Below, one piece after another: positions 1 through 10,294 of a DNA stretch of 64,000 nt; position 1 is the stretch's first letter; every line of letters starts with the position of its first letter. The translations under genes were made by a program, and so were the position numbers. The DNA is taken from NCBI GenBank assembly GCA_965248925.1, contig CBDFLE010000006.1, positions 2,848,001 to 2,912,000 on the forward strand, read 5' to 3'. The notes beneath the pieces are model-generated. The model worked only from the letters and a program-made list of their open reading frames with translations, was not told the DNA's origin and did not search any database. Source of the DNA: Candidatus Multivoradales bacterium. GTDB lineage: Bacteria; Acidobacteriota; Thermoanaerobaculia; Multivoradales; J023.

Positions 1-10
1 GGGCTCTTCA

Positions 11-637
11 GTGGTTTTTACTTTGCCCAGTGGCACACTCTCGTCACTGCGGCTGGCCGACATCGATCTCGATGCCAGTTCGCTAGCAACCGCTGAGGCG
101 CGACGGCCCCAACTGACGCCGCAAATGCCTCCCCCGGTCAAGCGGCGGGCCAAATGGGTGCTGAGCGATAAGGACATTCCCCAGGCGGCACCGCTGCCGG
201 CGCCGCCGGCCGTGCCCGACAGTGCCTCGGCCGACACCGCCTCGCCGGTTGCCGAAGAGCAGGAGCAAGCCCCCCAGGCACAGCTTGAGGTGAGTTCCTG
301 GGAAATGGTGGAGAACGTCGATATCGGCGGCTTGGAGATCGTCGGTGAGCTTCAAAACTCCGGCGAGGATCTAGCCTTTGGTGTCCGTGTTGTAGTGACT
401 CTGCTCGACCAGAATGGGGTTCAGATTGGCACCAGCGACGGCTTTGTCGCTGAGAAGTCACTAGCTCCGCGCACCCGCTCGAGGTTCCGCGCCCTGTTTC
501 CGGGGGTCTATCAGTTAGAGGCCGATCCGAGCTTCGAGCTAGCAGCGGAGAACATCCGCATCGGCTTACCGGGAGCAGAAGGCGCAGCGGCCGAGGGCGA
601 GGAGCCGGCCGGCGAGCCGGAGCGCGGTGACGGCTGA
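11..637 (+). CDS. FxLYD-domain protein, probably 5'-truncated by the window edge
   Basis: Pro/Ala-rich linker followed by 'IVGELQNSG..AFGVRVVVTLLDQNGVQIG..LAPR..SRF', which resembles the FxLYD Ig-like domain. The frame is open back to the window start. Confidence 0.55.
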   Translation: MVFTLPSGTLSSLRLADIDLDASSLATAEARRPQLTPQMPPPVKRRAKWVLSDKDIPQAAPLPAPPAVPDSASADTASPVAEEQEQAPQAQLEVSSWEMVENVDIGGLEIVGELQNSGEDLAFGVRVVVTLLDQNGVQIGTSDGFVAEKSLAPRTRSRFRALFPGVYQLEADPSFELAAENIRIGLPGAEGAAAEGEEPAGEPERGDG

Positions 638-717
638 GAACCCGCGGCGCGATCTCTACTTCTTCAACAGCACAGCTTGAGCGGCACGGTTGCACCAACA
701 CAAGTCCCCCAAGAGCC

Positions 718-2040
718 CTAGTTACGGTATCTCGGAAACCCCTGCAGATCGTGCTGCTGCACCTTGCGTTGCAGAGTACGGTAGCTCCATCCAAGGGCCG
801 CCGCCGCGGCTTTCTTGTTGCCGCCACTTTCTCGCAGGGCGTCGCGCAGGCGCTCTTCTTCTGGCACTTCTGACGCTGTTTCACGGGGTAGCAGGCGGGC
901 GAAGTCGCTGCCGCTCAAGCGACCACTCTCGTCGAGGATGACGGCGCGCTCGATCAGGTTGGCTAGCTGCCGGACATTCCCCGGCCAGGGGGCCTCGCTC
1001 AGGTTTTCTAGGGCTTCTTTGCTCAGCTCTGGTGGGGTCTTGGCGTGGCGTTCGGCGATTTGTCGGCAGAGGTGGCGCGCTAGTAGGGGAATGTCGCTAC
1101 GACGTTCATCTAGGGTCGGCAATTCGATGGGGAAGACGTCCAGGCGGTAGAAGAGATCCTGGCGAAAACTGCCGCTGGCGACCATCTCTCCCAGGTCGCG
1201 GTTGGTCGCCGCCACCACCCGGGCGTCGGAGCGCAGCGAGCGACCGCCGCCAACTCGCTCGAAGGTGCGCTCTTCGAGTACCCGCAGAACTTTACCTTGC
1301 ATTGACAGGCCGATCTCGCCGATCTCGTCAAGGAAGATGGTGCCACTTGCCGCTAGCTCGAAGCGCCCCGCCTGACGGCGGTTGGCACCGGTGAAGGCTC
1401 CCTTCTCGTGGCCGAAGAGCTCATTCTCCATCAAAGTCTCGGGAATGGCGGCACAGTTGACTGCCACGAATGGCCCGGCGGCCCGGCGTGACAAGCCGTG
1501 TAGGGTGCGGGCAAAGAGCTCTTTGCCAGTGCCGCTCTGACCCGTCAGTAGCACCGTGCTATCGGTGGGGGCAACCTTGCGTAGCAAGCGCAGCGCCGCT
1601 CGTAGGGTGGGATGACGGCCGACTATCGGCGGTCCTCCGAGGCATTGGAAGACCGTGCTGCTGTCGTCGGTCCCTAGCAGGCCGCGAACCAGCTCGAGCA
1701 ATTCGTCGAGTTCTAGCGGCTTTTCCAGGAAGTCGGCCGCGCCCAGCTTCATTGCATCGACCGCGGTGGCAACGGTGCCGAAGGCGGTCAGCACGACTAC
1801 CGGCACTTCGGGCTGGCACTGGCGACTGGCGGCCAACACCTGCAAGCCATCAGCGCCGGGAAGTCGCAAATCGCTGAGCACCAGAGCAAAGCGCTCGCCC
1901 CTCATCAGGCGGCCAATCGCTTCGTCACCAGCGGCGGCGGTGGTGACTTGGTGGCCAGCGCTTTCCAGTGTGTGGCGCATTAGTTTACGCAGCGCGTCAC
2001 GGTCTTCGACCACTAGAATGGTCTCCTGCGTAGCGCTCAA
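718..2040 (-). CDS. Sigma54-dependent response regulator (NtrC family: REC, AAA+, Fis HTH)
   Basis: REC domain (LVVEDR, DLRLPG, TAFG, KP), Walker A GQSGTGKE, GAFTGA loop, FLDEIGE, WPGNVRQL and a C-terminal HTH. A TTG start at 2040 follows a GGAGG RBS. Confidence 0.93.
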   Translation of the reverse strand: MSATQETILVVEDRDALRKLMRHTLESAGHQVTTAAAGDEAIGRLMRGERFALVLSDLRLPGADGLQVLAASRQCQPEVPVVVLTAFGTVATAVDAMKLGAADFLEKPLELDELLELVRGLLGTDDSSTVFQCLGGPPIVGRHPTLRAALRLLRKVAPTDSTVLLTGQSGTGKELFARTLHGLSRRAAGPFVAVNCAAIPETLMENELFGHEKGAFTGANRRQAGRFELAASGTIFLDEIGEIGLSMQGKVLRVLEERTFERVGGGRSLRSDARVVAATNRDLGEMVASGSFRQDLFYRLDVFPIELPTLDERRSDIPLLARHLCRQIAERHAKTPPELSKEALENLSEAPWPGNVRQLANLIERAVILDESGRLSGSDFARLLPRETASEVPEEERLRDALRESGGNKKAAAAALGWSYRTLQRKVQQHDLQGFPRYRN

Positions 2041-2204
2041 CCAGACCTCCAGGCGAGAGTTTGCCGGGTTGCTTGGACCCGAGCCGGGCGGCTTCCGTAT
2101 AATTCCATGTGCATGTAAGGCCGGGCCTACGTGGTGCAAGCCAGCATTGCGCGCTATTGTAGCGTGCGACCCGCGATCGCCTCGATGATCTAGAGTAATC
2201 AGCC

Positions 2205-2801
2205 GTGAGCCCAAAAACCATATCGCCTTCGTCTTTGGCGCTCGAGCGCCAGGCGCAGCAGAGAGACCTCGACCGTCTGGCTGCCGATATTCAGCAGTAC
2301 CGAGTCGACTATCTGCGTTTCTTTGCCGGCGACCGCAAGTTACCGCCCTATGAACTGCGGGATCGACTGAATGCCGGACTGCGGCAGCTGCGAAGTCAGC
2401 GCGGGCTGGGTGCGGCGGGACAGTTTCGCCTCACGACTCTGGAATCTCAGTTCAACAGCTTTTGTGACCTCTTTGGTCGGCGCGAACGCGAGCGGGAAAA
2501 GTCTGCCGTAGCTAGGCCGCTGGTGAAGAGTCCACAGTACGACTCAGAGAGCGGTGTGATCATCGGCCATCGGCCAGCCGACGGCACCGTTGAAGCCCTC
2601 TACAAACGACTGTACCTCCGTCGGCAAACCCCCAATCCGAAGATGGATGTCGAGCGATTTCGTTCCTATCTGGCCCGCCAGGCGGATGCGATCCGCGGCA
2701 AGACCGGCTGCGCTGACATCAAATTTCGGGTGGTGGTGGAAGACGGCAAGACGAAGCTCAAGGCTAAGCCCATGCGGCGTACCGCTGCCAAGTTGGGCTA
2801 G
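2205..2801 (+). CDS. MXAN_5187 C-terminal-domain-like protein
   Basis: N-terminal 'Y..FFAG....PP' helix bundle and C-terminal 'IRGKTGCADIKFRVVVEDGKTKLKAKP', recalled as typical of this family. Confidence 0.6.
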   Translation: MSPKTISPSSLALERQAQQRDLDRLAADIQQYRVDYLRFFAGDRKLPPYELRDRLNAGLRQLRSQRGLGAAGQFRLTTLESQFNSFCDLFGRREREREKSAVARPLVKSPQYDSESGVIIGHRPADGTVEALYKRLYLRRQTPNPKMDVERFRSYLARQADAIRGKTGCADIKFRVVVEDGKTKLKAKPMRRTAAKLG

Positions 2802-2823
2802 CTCAACCGACGAGGAGACGAAC

Positions 2824-3984
2824 GTGGTCAAACCCACGCGCTGGATCTGGCTGCCGATCGTGATCGCCGCCGTGGCGACTTTGGTCGGCGCAATGCCTAA
2901 CTTGGACATGGCGCTCGAAACGCAGAAGGAAATGGTGGCGAGCTACCCTGACGACGCCAGCGTCCACAACGACTTGGCCAACCTATTCGTCCTTGCCGGC
3001 CAAAATGAATCGGCAGAGATGGCTTACCAAAGGGCGCTCGAACTAGCCCCGGCCGATCCTGCCGCGCTGTTCAATCTGGCGTTGTTGAAGCAGCAGGATG
3101 GACGGCTCGACGATGCTGCGCAGCTCTACCAGCAGGTGCTAGAAATCGACCCGCGCAATGCCTGGAGCTACTACCAACTCGGAATTCTCTATGCCTCGCG
3201 CGGCCAAGACGACAAGGCGGTCGACCACTACGCCCACGCTTTCGGCCTCAACACCATGCTGTCGCTTGCCAGCCACAACCCGCACATCATCGACAATGAG
3301 TTCACTACCCAGGCACTGATCGCGGCCGCCAAATATGTGCCGATGGCGAGCGCCGAAACACCCCTGGTGTTTGGCGAAGGCAGCCGTCTGCGCGGTTTGC
3401 TGGTCCCCGAGGAAGGAGCCGACGAAGACTCTGCGGAGGGTTCCCCGGCGATGGCGACCGAGGAGGGTGAATCAGGGACTGGCACCAGCATGCAGCAGGG
3501 TGCTGCGGAGAGCAGCGGCTCTGGGTCCTCGTCGGCTTGGGTCGACGAAGATATTGTCAAGGACGAGACCACCGGCAATCGGGTGTTGACCAGTGATTCC
3601 CTCGACCGCGGAAGCCAGCTCGGCAAGGTGAGCGGTGGCTCGGCGGCCGCTCGTGGCGGCTCGAACCGCTTTCGTCCCGGCAACTCTGCCCGCCGACCGG
3701 TTCGGCAGCCCCAAACCCGGCAGCCGACCGCCCGTCCTCGAACTCCACCGGCGGGGCATCCGGCGGCGCGGCCAGCAGTCAAGAACGAGAAGGAAGAGCA
3801 GGTCAGGCGGCAGCGCATCCCCGTCGCGACGGTCCAGCGGCCGCTTCGTAGCAACCCTACGGTGCGCTTCCGACCCGGTGTGCGCAGCACCAGCCGGCTG
3901 GAACTGGAGCTGTTAGCACCTTCGAGTCAGGCCCCGGAACGTTGGGCGAAGCTCGACCAGAGCGGGGGGTTGAAGAGACGCTGA
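2824..3984 (+). CDS. Secreted/membrane-anchored TPR protein with a disordered C-terminus
   Basis: GTG at 2824 follows GAGGAG. N-terminal hydrophobic segment, TPR repeats (HNDLA..AYQRALELAP, ALFNLALL..YQQVLEIDP, YYQLGILY), then an acidic and Arg/Pro-rich tail. Confidence 0.75.
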   Translation: MVKPTRWIWLPIVIAAVATLVGAMPNLDMALETQKEMVASYPDDASVHNDLANLFVLAGQNESAEMAYQRALELAPADPAALFNLALLKQQDGRLDDAAQLYQQVLEIDPRNAWSYYQLGILYASRGQDDKAVDHYAHAFGLNTMLSLASHNPHIIDNEFTTQALIAAAKYVPMASAETPLVFGEGSRLRGLLVPEEGADEDSAEGSPAMATEEGESGTGTSMQQGAAESSGSGSSSAWVDEDIVKDETTGNRVLTSDSLDRGSQLGKVSGGSAAARGGSNRFRPGNSARRPVRQPQTRQPTARPRTPPAGHPAARPAVKNEKEEQVRRQRIPVATVQRPLRSNPTVRFRPGVRSTSRLELELLAPSSQAPERWAKLDQSGGLKRR

Positions 3985-3996
3985 GATCCTTGCTCT

Positions 3997-5067
3997 TTAG
4001 ATGTTGAAGCGGAAGTGCGCGACCTCGCCGTCGTGCATGGTGTATTCCTTACCTTCTAGCCGCAGGATCCCCTGTTCGCGACATTTGGCCATGCTGCCAA
4101 GGCGCAATAGATCCTGCCAGGGGATGACTTCGGCGCGGATAAAACCACGGGCGATGTCAGAGTGGATGGCATCGGCCGCTTGGCGGGCCGAGGAGCCGCG
4201 GCGCAGAGTCCAGGCTCGCACCTCGTCCTCACCGACGGTAAAGAACGAGATCAACCCCAGCAACTCGTAGCTGGCGCGCAGCACGCGGTCCAAGCTGGCT
4301 TCTTCGAGTCCAAGTTCGGCGAGGAACTCGTGCTGCTCCTCTTCTCCCAGTTGGGAGATCTCGGCCTCGATAGGCGCACTCACCACCACCCCGCGGCAGT
4401 TTGGGCCGATCTTGATGCCGGCGTCTTCCAAGCTGGTGGAGGCAACCCTTTCTTCACCGACGTTGAGTACCACCAGCAAGGGCTTGGCCGACAATAACTG
4501 AAAGCCTCGCAGGCGCTTTTCGTCGTCGTCACCGACTTCTACCTCGCGCAGCGGGCGCTCGTTCTCGAGGGCCGGTAGTAGCACCTCACTCAGTAGCTCT
4601 TGCTCCCGCTTTTCGTCGGTCGACAAACCGCGCTTGGTTGCTTTGGCCAGCCGCTCCAGGCGCCGCTCGACCAGTTCCATATCGGCTAGCACCAATTCTA
4701 GGTCGATGGTTTCGACATCGCGTTGTGGATCGACCGAGCCGTCGCTGTGCAGGAGCTCAGGATCTTCAAAATCGCGCACGACGTGCACCAGGGCGTCGAC
4801 GTTGCGCAACTCGCCGAGATCGAGGCTCTCTGGCCCGCCGCCTTTCTGAATACCGGGAATGTCGACGTATTGCACCGTCGCCGGAACATAGCGCTTGGGC
4901 TTGTACATGTCGCGCATCTTGGCCAGGCGCGGATCGGGTACCTTGGCGATGGCGACGTGGGTTTTCTTGGAAGTTGAAAACTTGCCAGTTTCCTTCTCCG
5001 AGGCGGTTAGCAGGTTGAATAGCGTGGTCTTGCCGGCTTTGGGCAGGCCGAGGATGCCGAGTTGCAT
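3997..5067 (-). CDS. ychF: Redox-regulated ATPase YchF
   Basis: GILGLPKAGKTT, DIPG, NVGE and the C-terminal TGS-like 'FFTVGEDEVRAWT..IHSDIARGFIRAEV..LRLEGKEY..FRFNI'. Confidence 0.95.
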   Translation of the reverse strand: MQLGILGLPKAGKTTLFNLLTASEKETGKFSTSKKTHVAIAKVPDPRLAKMRDMYKPKRYVPATVQYVDIPGIQKGGGPESLDLGELRNVDALVHVVRDFEDPELLHSDGSVDPQRDVETIDLELVLADMELVERRLERLAKATKRGLSTDEKREQELLSEVLLPALENERPLREVEVGDDDEKRLRGFQLLSAKPLLVVLNVGEERVASTSLEDAGIKIGPNCRGVVVSAPIEAEISQLGEEEQHEFLAELGLEEASLDRVLRASYELLGLISFFTVGEDEVRAWTLRRGSSARQAADAIHSDIARGFIRAEVIPWQDLLRLGSMAKCREQGILRLEGKEYTMHDGEVAHFRFNI

Positions 5068-5206
5068 GATTCTAGGGTCTCCGTGGTTCTCGCCGAGGCA
5101 TCGAGCCCGACGCGGCTGCATTCTGCCATGTTGGCAGGGGGGGACAACAGAGCCCGGCCGAACTAAGGCGGCCGCGTTAACACAGCCAATCTAGCGCGAC
5201 CGAATC

Positions 5207-6514
5207 CTAGATCTGCGCCCGCAACTCCAAGCCCTTGACCAACACGCTCGGGGCGCCTACCAGGCCGCCGGCCAGAGGAGTGAAAGTCAAATCGCGAGCC
5301 GCCGCCAGTAGTCCATGCAGCAGGCTTTGCACCGTGCCGGTTAGCCAGGCTCCGGCAACCGCGCCGGTGGGGCGGCCGGACTCGACCGAGAATCCGCAGA
5401 CCGGTACCGCAAAGCGGCCACTGGCCAGGTCCAGCCGCGGACCCCCTTCCACATCCAACAAGTAATAGCCGCGGCGGATGTCGGCCAGTAGCTGGGCCAC
5501 CGACACCGCCGGATCGGGTTGCAGATAGAGATGGGTGGCGCCAGGTCGCGGCAGATCGCGCCAGCTGGCTCGCCGCAAGCAGCCCGAAGAGTGCCCGAGC
5601 TTGCCGCGGCGAGCTTCCCACCAGGCGAGCAGGGGTTGGCGAAAGGCGCCTTCCTCGATCAGGGTTACTGCTCGGGTCGGCATGCCCTCGCCGTCGACCG
5701 GAGCGGCGCTAATACCGCATTCGAGTCGGCCGTTGTCGATCAGGGTGAGCACGCCGCTGCCCAATTTGCCTTGGCGGTCGGCCCAACTCTGCGCCAGTTT
5801 GATGGCTTCGGGACTGCGCCATAGCGGCTGCAAAGCGGCGAGCAAAGCGGCCATCAATGGCGGTGCGAGGAGAAAGTCACCCCGGTCTCGCGGTGGGGCG
5901 GTGCCCTTTTCAGCTATCAACAAGCGGTCGGCGAGTCGTCGCGCCAAACTTTGGGGATGAAACTGGCGTGCTTGGCGCTGGGGAACCAGCAGGCTGACCG
6001 CGCGGCCGCCGCGGCTGGTGGCCTGCAAGTAAAGGACCGCGGCTCGCTGGCGAACTTGCACTTCGATCTGCTGGCTAGAGATCAGCTGACTCTCGCTCGA
6101 GCCGTCTTCGAGCTCGGCACGCAGCAGACGGGCTTGGGGTAGCTCTGCCTGCAACTGCATGGCGATGGCTTCGACCAAGGCCTGTGCTTCGCTCTCACCG
6201 ACCAGCGGGGAGTCGAGATCCGAGGGTGCCGCCCAGGTGGGCACGCCGGTGGCCGAGGGCAGCCGCAGAGCCCGTCCATCGGCGCTTGGCCAGGGGCCAT
6301 CGGCGGTTGGCTCGCCGGTCTGGGCGTAGAAGAAGGAGCGTCGCGGATCGCCGGCCCGCACGGCCCATCCTTCTTCGCGGCGCAGCGAAGTGACGCTGCT
6401 GCCGGTTTCGAAAACCAATTGACGCGAGCGCCCTCGCTTGTGGTAAACCTCGACATCTTTCCAGCCCTCGGCGACCAGCGCCTCGAGGGTTTCGGAGAGC
6501 GCTGCGGCGACCAC
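5207..6514 (-). CDS. PmbA/TldE family protein
   Basis: 'APVDGEGMPTRAVTLIEEG', 'GATHLYLQP' and C-terminal 'APSVLVKGL'. No HExxxH motif. Directly downstream of the TldD gene; start uncertain. Confidence 0.8.
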   Translation of the reverse strand: MVAAALSETLEALVAEGWKDVEVYHKRGRSRQLVFETGSSVTSLRREEGWAVRAGDPRRSFFYAQTGEPTADGPWPSADGRALRLPSATGVPTWAAPSDLDSPLVGESEAQALVEAIAMQLQAELPQARLLRAELEDGSSESQLISSQQIEVQVRQRAAVLYLQATSRGGRAVSLLVPQRQARQFHPQSLARRLADRLLIAEKGTAPPRDRGDFLLAPPLMAALLAALQPLWRSPEAIKLAQSWADRQGKLGSGVLTLIDNGRLECGISAAPVDGEGMPTRAVTLIEEGAFRQPLLAWWEARRGKLGHSSGCLRRASWRDLPRPGATHLYLQPDPAVSVAQLLADIRRGYYLLDVEGGPRLDLASGRFAVPVCGFSVESGRPTGAVAGAWLTGTVQSLLHGLLAAARDLTFTPLAGGLVGAPSVLVKGLELRAQI

Positions 6515-6537
6515 CGGACGATGACCAGAACCCCATC

Positions 6538-7851
6538 TCAAGGGCCTACCTCCAGACCTTTCAGCAGCAGCGCCGGGGTGGTGGCCCACACTGGCAGCCT
6601 GATGCCTCCTTTGGCACACCAGCCAGCACCGGCAGAGCGCACTTCGCTACCGACACCGACCACCGCATGCAGCAGATCGCTGACGTGGCCGCGCAGCCGG
6701 CTTCCACCCACTGGTGTCGCCAAGGCGCCGTCTTTGATGCGGTAGCCGAAAGGAAACGCGAGCTGGAATTCACCAGAAATCGGATCCAGGCGACCGTGGC
6801 AAGCTGCGGGCAGGTAGAGGCCGCCCTCGGCGCCAGCCAGCAGCTCGCCTGGGCTGAGATCGCCAGCGGCCAAGACCAAGTGGGTCGAGCGGGGTCCCGG
6901 GGCCAGATGGCGGTTGCCGCGCCGCGCGGCGCCGGGTAGCAAGCGTTCCGAGCGCCTGCCCCAACGGCTGTCGCACAGCGGCTGTTCGACCTTGCCGCCG
7001 CGCAGCAGCAGTCGCCGGGCGGCGGGAAATCCCTCGTCGTCGCTACGCCGCCGCACCGATTCGGGAGCTGAACCGGGGTCGTCGAAAACGTCGAGCAGCG
7101 GGGAGCCGAATTCGACCCCAATGGCCGCTTCCGGGTGACCGCCGAGGGCCAACGTATCGGCTTCCAGGGCGTGAGCCACCGCTTCGTGCAGGAGTACGGC
7201 GGTGGCGTCGCTGCCCAGCACGAAGGCGCCCCGCCAGGGTTCCGGCGGCGGTTGGCCATGGGCCTTGTGGGCCCGCACCATGCCGTCGGCGATGCGCCGG
7301 GCGTTCGCCGCACTGGCACTGTCGAGCAGGCCGCCCCAGCGACCCCAGGGGGCTTTTACATCGTAGCTGTAGAAGGCTTCGCGCTCGGTTGCCGAATTCA
7401 GTTGGTTGCCCACCACTCGCGTCCAGCGGCGGTGGCGGCGGACGGTGAGGCGAGGCTCGAACTTGGCCCCGTGCTCGCTGAGTGCGTGTCGTACCGCTGC
7501 CGGCAGAGAGAGCAACTCGTTGGCCTCGATTGGCTGGCGCCAGGGCATGTTGTTCAACTGTGGGCGAGGGTAGGATGCTCGCGGCATCGCTCGGGCGACC
7601 CGGCGCAGGGCTTCGTCGAAGGTCTCCGAGGAGATCCGGTCGCGGCCGGCCAGCCAGGTTTGATCGCCGCGGGTCAGGCGTATGGCCAGCCCAGACTCGC
7701 GCCGGGCGCGGAAACCGGGCCCGACATCATCCGGTGGCAGCTCGAGATCTTCACGGCGTTCAAAGAAGACATCGCAGAGGTCTTCCGGGCGATCGGCGAT
7801 CTGCTGCAGAGCGCGGACAATGGCGGCTGTGTCGATGTTGGAGAACGGCAC
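6538..7851 (-). CDS. TldD family metalloprotease
   Basis: Zinc motif LLHEAVAHALEAD, 'DDEG', and C-terminal 'GWCAKGG.RLPV..TTP' carrying the conserved Cys. Confidence 0.85.
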   Translation of the reverse strand: MPFSNIDTAAIVRALQQIADRPEDLCDVFFERREDLELPPDDVGPGFRARRESGLAIRLTRGDQTWLAGRDRISSETFDEALRRVARAMPRASYPRPQLNNMPWRQPIEANELLSLPAAVRHALSEHGAKFEPRLTVRRHRRWTRVVGNQLNSATEREAFYSYDVKAPWGRWGGLLDSASAANARRIADGMVRAHKAHGQPPPEPWRGAFVLGSDATAVLLHEAVAHALEADTLALGGHPEAAIGVEFGSPLLDVFDDPGSAPESVRRRSDDEGFPAARRLLLRGGKVEQPLCDSRWGRRSERLLPGAARRGNRHLAPGPRSTHLVLAAGDLSPGELLAGAEGGLYLPAACHGRLDPISGEFQLAFPFGYRIKDGALATPVGGSRLRGHVSDLLHAVVGVGSEVRSAGAGWCAKGGIRLPVWATTPALLLKGLEVGP

Positions 7852-8140
7852 TTGAGCAATCCTTTCGGAACACCGCCGGGCGGCCCGTCTGGGGTTGCCC
7901 ACAAGGTCATTGGCGGGGGCTCATTGTACGCGGGCGGTGGTTCTTCCGGGGTCGTTTTCTCGTTTCGTAAGGGTAACTCGCGTCTTGACCGAAGGGTGGT
8001 GGGCCGCAACCTGGCGAGCGACCCGTTTTTCAGCCAGGGTTGCGATACGATGCAGAGCCTCCGCGGCCGAGCCCGAAAACCCGAATCGAAGCCGCCTGCG
8101 CCCAGCGGGTGGCCGATCGCAGGATGAGTGAGCAAAATCG

Positions 8141-9733
8141 ATGAGCGAGCAGACCCCCGCAAAGTTGTCGCCCCAGGCTTCGGCCCTCGGCGAGCTCGAG
8201 ATTCGTTTGCAGGCCGCCCGGTTGGGGGGCGGAAAGCAGCGCATCGAGCGCCAGCATGCTGCCGGCAAGCTGACCGCCCATGAACGCGTCGAGCTGCTGC
8301 TCGACAGCTGTTCGTGGGTCGAGATCGATGCCCTTGTCAGCCACCGCTGCCAAGACTTCGGCATGGGCAAACGACAGATTCCTGGCGACGGCCTGGTGGC
8401 GGGCTACGGCACCATCGAGGGTCGGTTGGTCTACGTCTTTGCTCAGGATTTCACCGTCTTTGGCGGTTCCTTGTCGGAAACCAACGCCAAGAAGATCTGC
8501 AAGGTGATGGATCTGGCGGTGGAGAATGGCGCACCGGTGATCGGCCTTAACGATTCGGGCGGTGCGCGGATCCAAGAAGGAGTGGTGTCGCTGGGTGGCT
8601 ATTCCGATATCTTCCTGCGCAATACCTTGGCTTCGGGAGTGGTGCCACAGATCAGCGCCATCATGGGTCCCTGCGCTGGTGGCGCGGTCTACTCACCGGC
8701 GATCACCGATTTTATTTTCATGGTTGAAGGGACCAGCTACATGTTTGTCACCGGTCCCGACGTGATCAAGACGGTGACCCACGAGGAAGTCACCAAGGAA
8801 GAACTCGGTGGCGCTAGCACTCACAGCTCGAAAAGCGGCGTCGCCCACTTCACGGTGGCCAATGATGCCGCCTGCCTGATGGCGATTCGCGAGCTGCTGT
8901 CGTTCTTGCCGTCGAACAACATTGATGCGCCGCCGCTAGGCAACAGTGAGGACGACCCGGGCCGCGAGGACGAATCCCTCGACCAACTGGTGCCGGCGGA
9001 CCCGAACAAGCCCTACGACATCAAGAAGTTGATCCAGACGGTGGTCGACGACGGTCATTTTTTCGAGGTGCAGGCGAACTACGCCAAGAACCTGGTGGTT
9101 GGCTTCGCCCGCTTGGCCAATCAGAGCGTCGGTATAGTCGCCAACCAACCGGCCTACCAGGCTGGGGTGCTGGATATCAATGCCTCGCTCAAGGGCGCGC
9201 GCTTCGTGCGCTTCTGCGACGCCTTCAACATTCCGCTGATCACCTTCGAGGACGTTCCCGGGTTCTTGCCGGGCACCCAACAGGAGTTTGGTGGCATCAT
9301 CAAGCATGGCGCCAAGCTGCTCTACGCCTTCGCCGAAGCTACCGTGCCGAAGATCACCGTCATCACCCGCAAGGCTTACGGCGGCGCTTATTGTGTGATG
9401 GCTTCTAAGCATTTGCGCACCGACGTCAACTTCGCCTATCCGATGGCTGAAATCGCGGTGATGGGCCCAGAAGGGGCAGTCAACGTCCTCTACCGCCGCC
9501 AACTCGCCGCCGCTGCCGAGCAGGGGGAATCGGCGGTGGCCGAGCTGCGTGCCGCCAAAGTGCGGGAGTATCGCGAGAAGTTTTCCAATCCCTATGTAGC
9601 CGCTGAGCGGGGGTTTATCGATGCCATTATCGAGCCTCGGCAAACCCGCTCTCAGATCATCCGGGCACTGCGCCAGCTGGCCAGCAAGCGCGCCAGCGTG
9701 CCGCCCAAAAAGCATGGCAATATGCCATTGTGA
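8141..9733 (+). CDS. pccB: Acyl-CoA (propionyl/methylmalonyl-CoA) carboxylase, carboxyltransferase beta subunit
   Basis: [48 protein letters not shown] and KKHGNMPL motifs. Confidence 0.9.
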   Translation: MSEQTPAKLSPQASALGELEIRLQAARLGGGKQRIERQHAAGKLTAHERVELLLDSCSWVEIDALVSHRCQDFGMGKRQIPGDGLVAGYGTIEGRLVYVFAQDFTVFGGSLSETNAKKICKVMDLAVENGAPVIGLNDSGGARIQEGVVSLGGYSDIFLRNTLASGVVPQISAIMGPCAGGAVYSPAITDFIFMVEGTSYMFVTGPDVIKTVTHEEVTKEELGGASTHSSKSGVAHFTVANDAACLMAIRELLSFLPSNNIDAPPLGNSEDDPGREDESLDQLVPADPNKPYDIKKLIQTVVDDGHFFEVQANYAKNLVVGFARLANQSVGIVANQPAYQAGVLDINASLKGARFVRFCDAFNIPLITFEDVPGFLPGTQQEFGGIIKHGAKLLYAFAEATVPKITVITRKAYGGAYCVMASKHLRTDVNFAYPMAEIAVMGPEGAVNVLYRRQLAAAAEQGESAVAELRAAKVREYREKFSNPYVAAERGFIDAIIEPRQTRSQIIRALRQLASKRASVPPKKHGNMPL

Positions 9734-9867
9734 GGTGGCGAGCGAGAGCATCAGACCCGAAATCCGCCACGCTGGACGGCCCCCCTTGACAGAGGTCGCG
9801 CCGGTCGGGCAAGCTGACCCCCCCTTTCGGCCACCGGCCGGGAGTTTCAGTCGACTCGAGGAAAAGC

Positions 9868-10278
9868 ATGCGAGAAAAAGATAGAGAGCTTCGCCGTCGG
9901 CGGCATCGCCGCATGAAGCGCCTCAAGAAAAGGCACCAGGAAGAGCAAGCGGCAAAAGAGCGCCAGGAGCGTTCGGCGCGCCGCGCCGCCACCAAGAAGA
10001 AGACCGCAGCCAAGCCCAAGGCCACCAAGGCGAAGGCTACTAAGGCGAAGGCTACTAAGGCCACTACCAAGACCAAGGCCGCGGCATCCAAGACCGGGCC
10101 AAAGAAAGCCGCGGTGGCTGAGGCAGCTGCCGACGATAAGACGGTAGAGGCCGAGGCAGCAGCAGAGGCCGATTCCAAGCCCAAGCCGAAGGCAAAAGCC
10201 AAGCCAAAAGCAAAGGCGAAGCCCAAGGCAAAGGCCGAAGCGAAGCCTAAGGCAAAAGCTGAGGAAGCTGACGATTAG
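9868..10278 (+). CDS. Small basic Lys/Ala/Pro-rich protein (histone H1-like composition)
   Basis: Arg-rich N-terminus followed by KAT/KAK and KPKAKA repeats. RBS-like GAGG upstream; same strand as the rpiB-glyA operon. Confidence 0.65.
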   Translation: MREKDRELRRRRHRRMKRLKKRHQEEQAAKERQERSARRAATKKKTAAKPKATKAKATKAKATKATTKTKAAASKTGPKKAAVAEAAADDKTVEAEAAAEADSKPKPKAKAKPKAKAKPKAKAEAKPKAKAEEADD

Positions 10279-10294
10279 CCTGGAGGGAGTCGAT

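Noticed and set aside
7135-8127. Long antisense ORFs (for example 7135-8127, 20395-21183, 58098-59021)
   Set aside because: They shadow well-supported genes on the opposite strand and lack recognisable motifs, as expected in GC-rich genomes.
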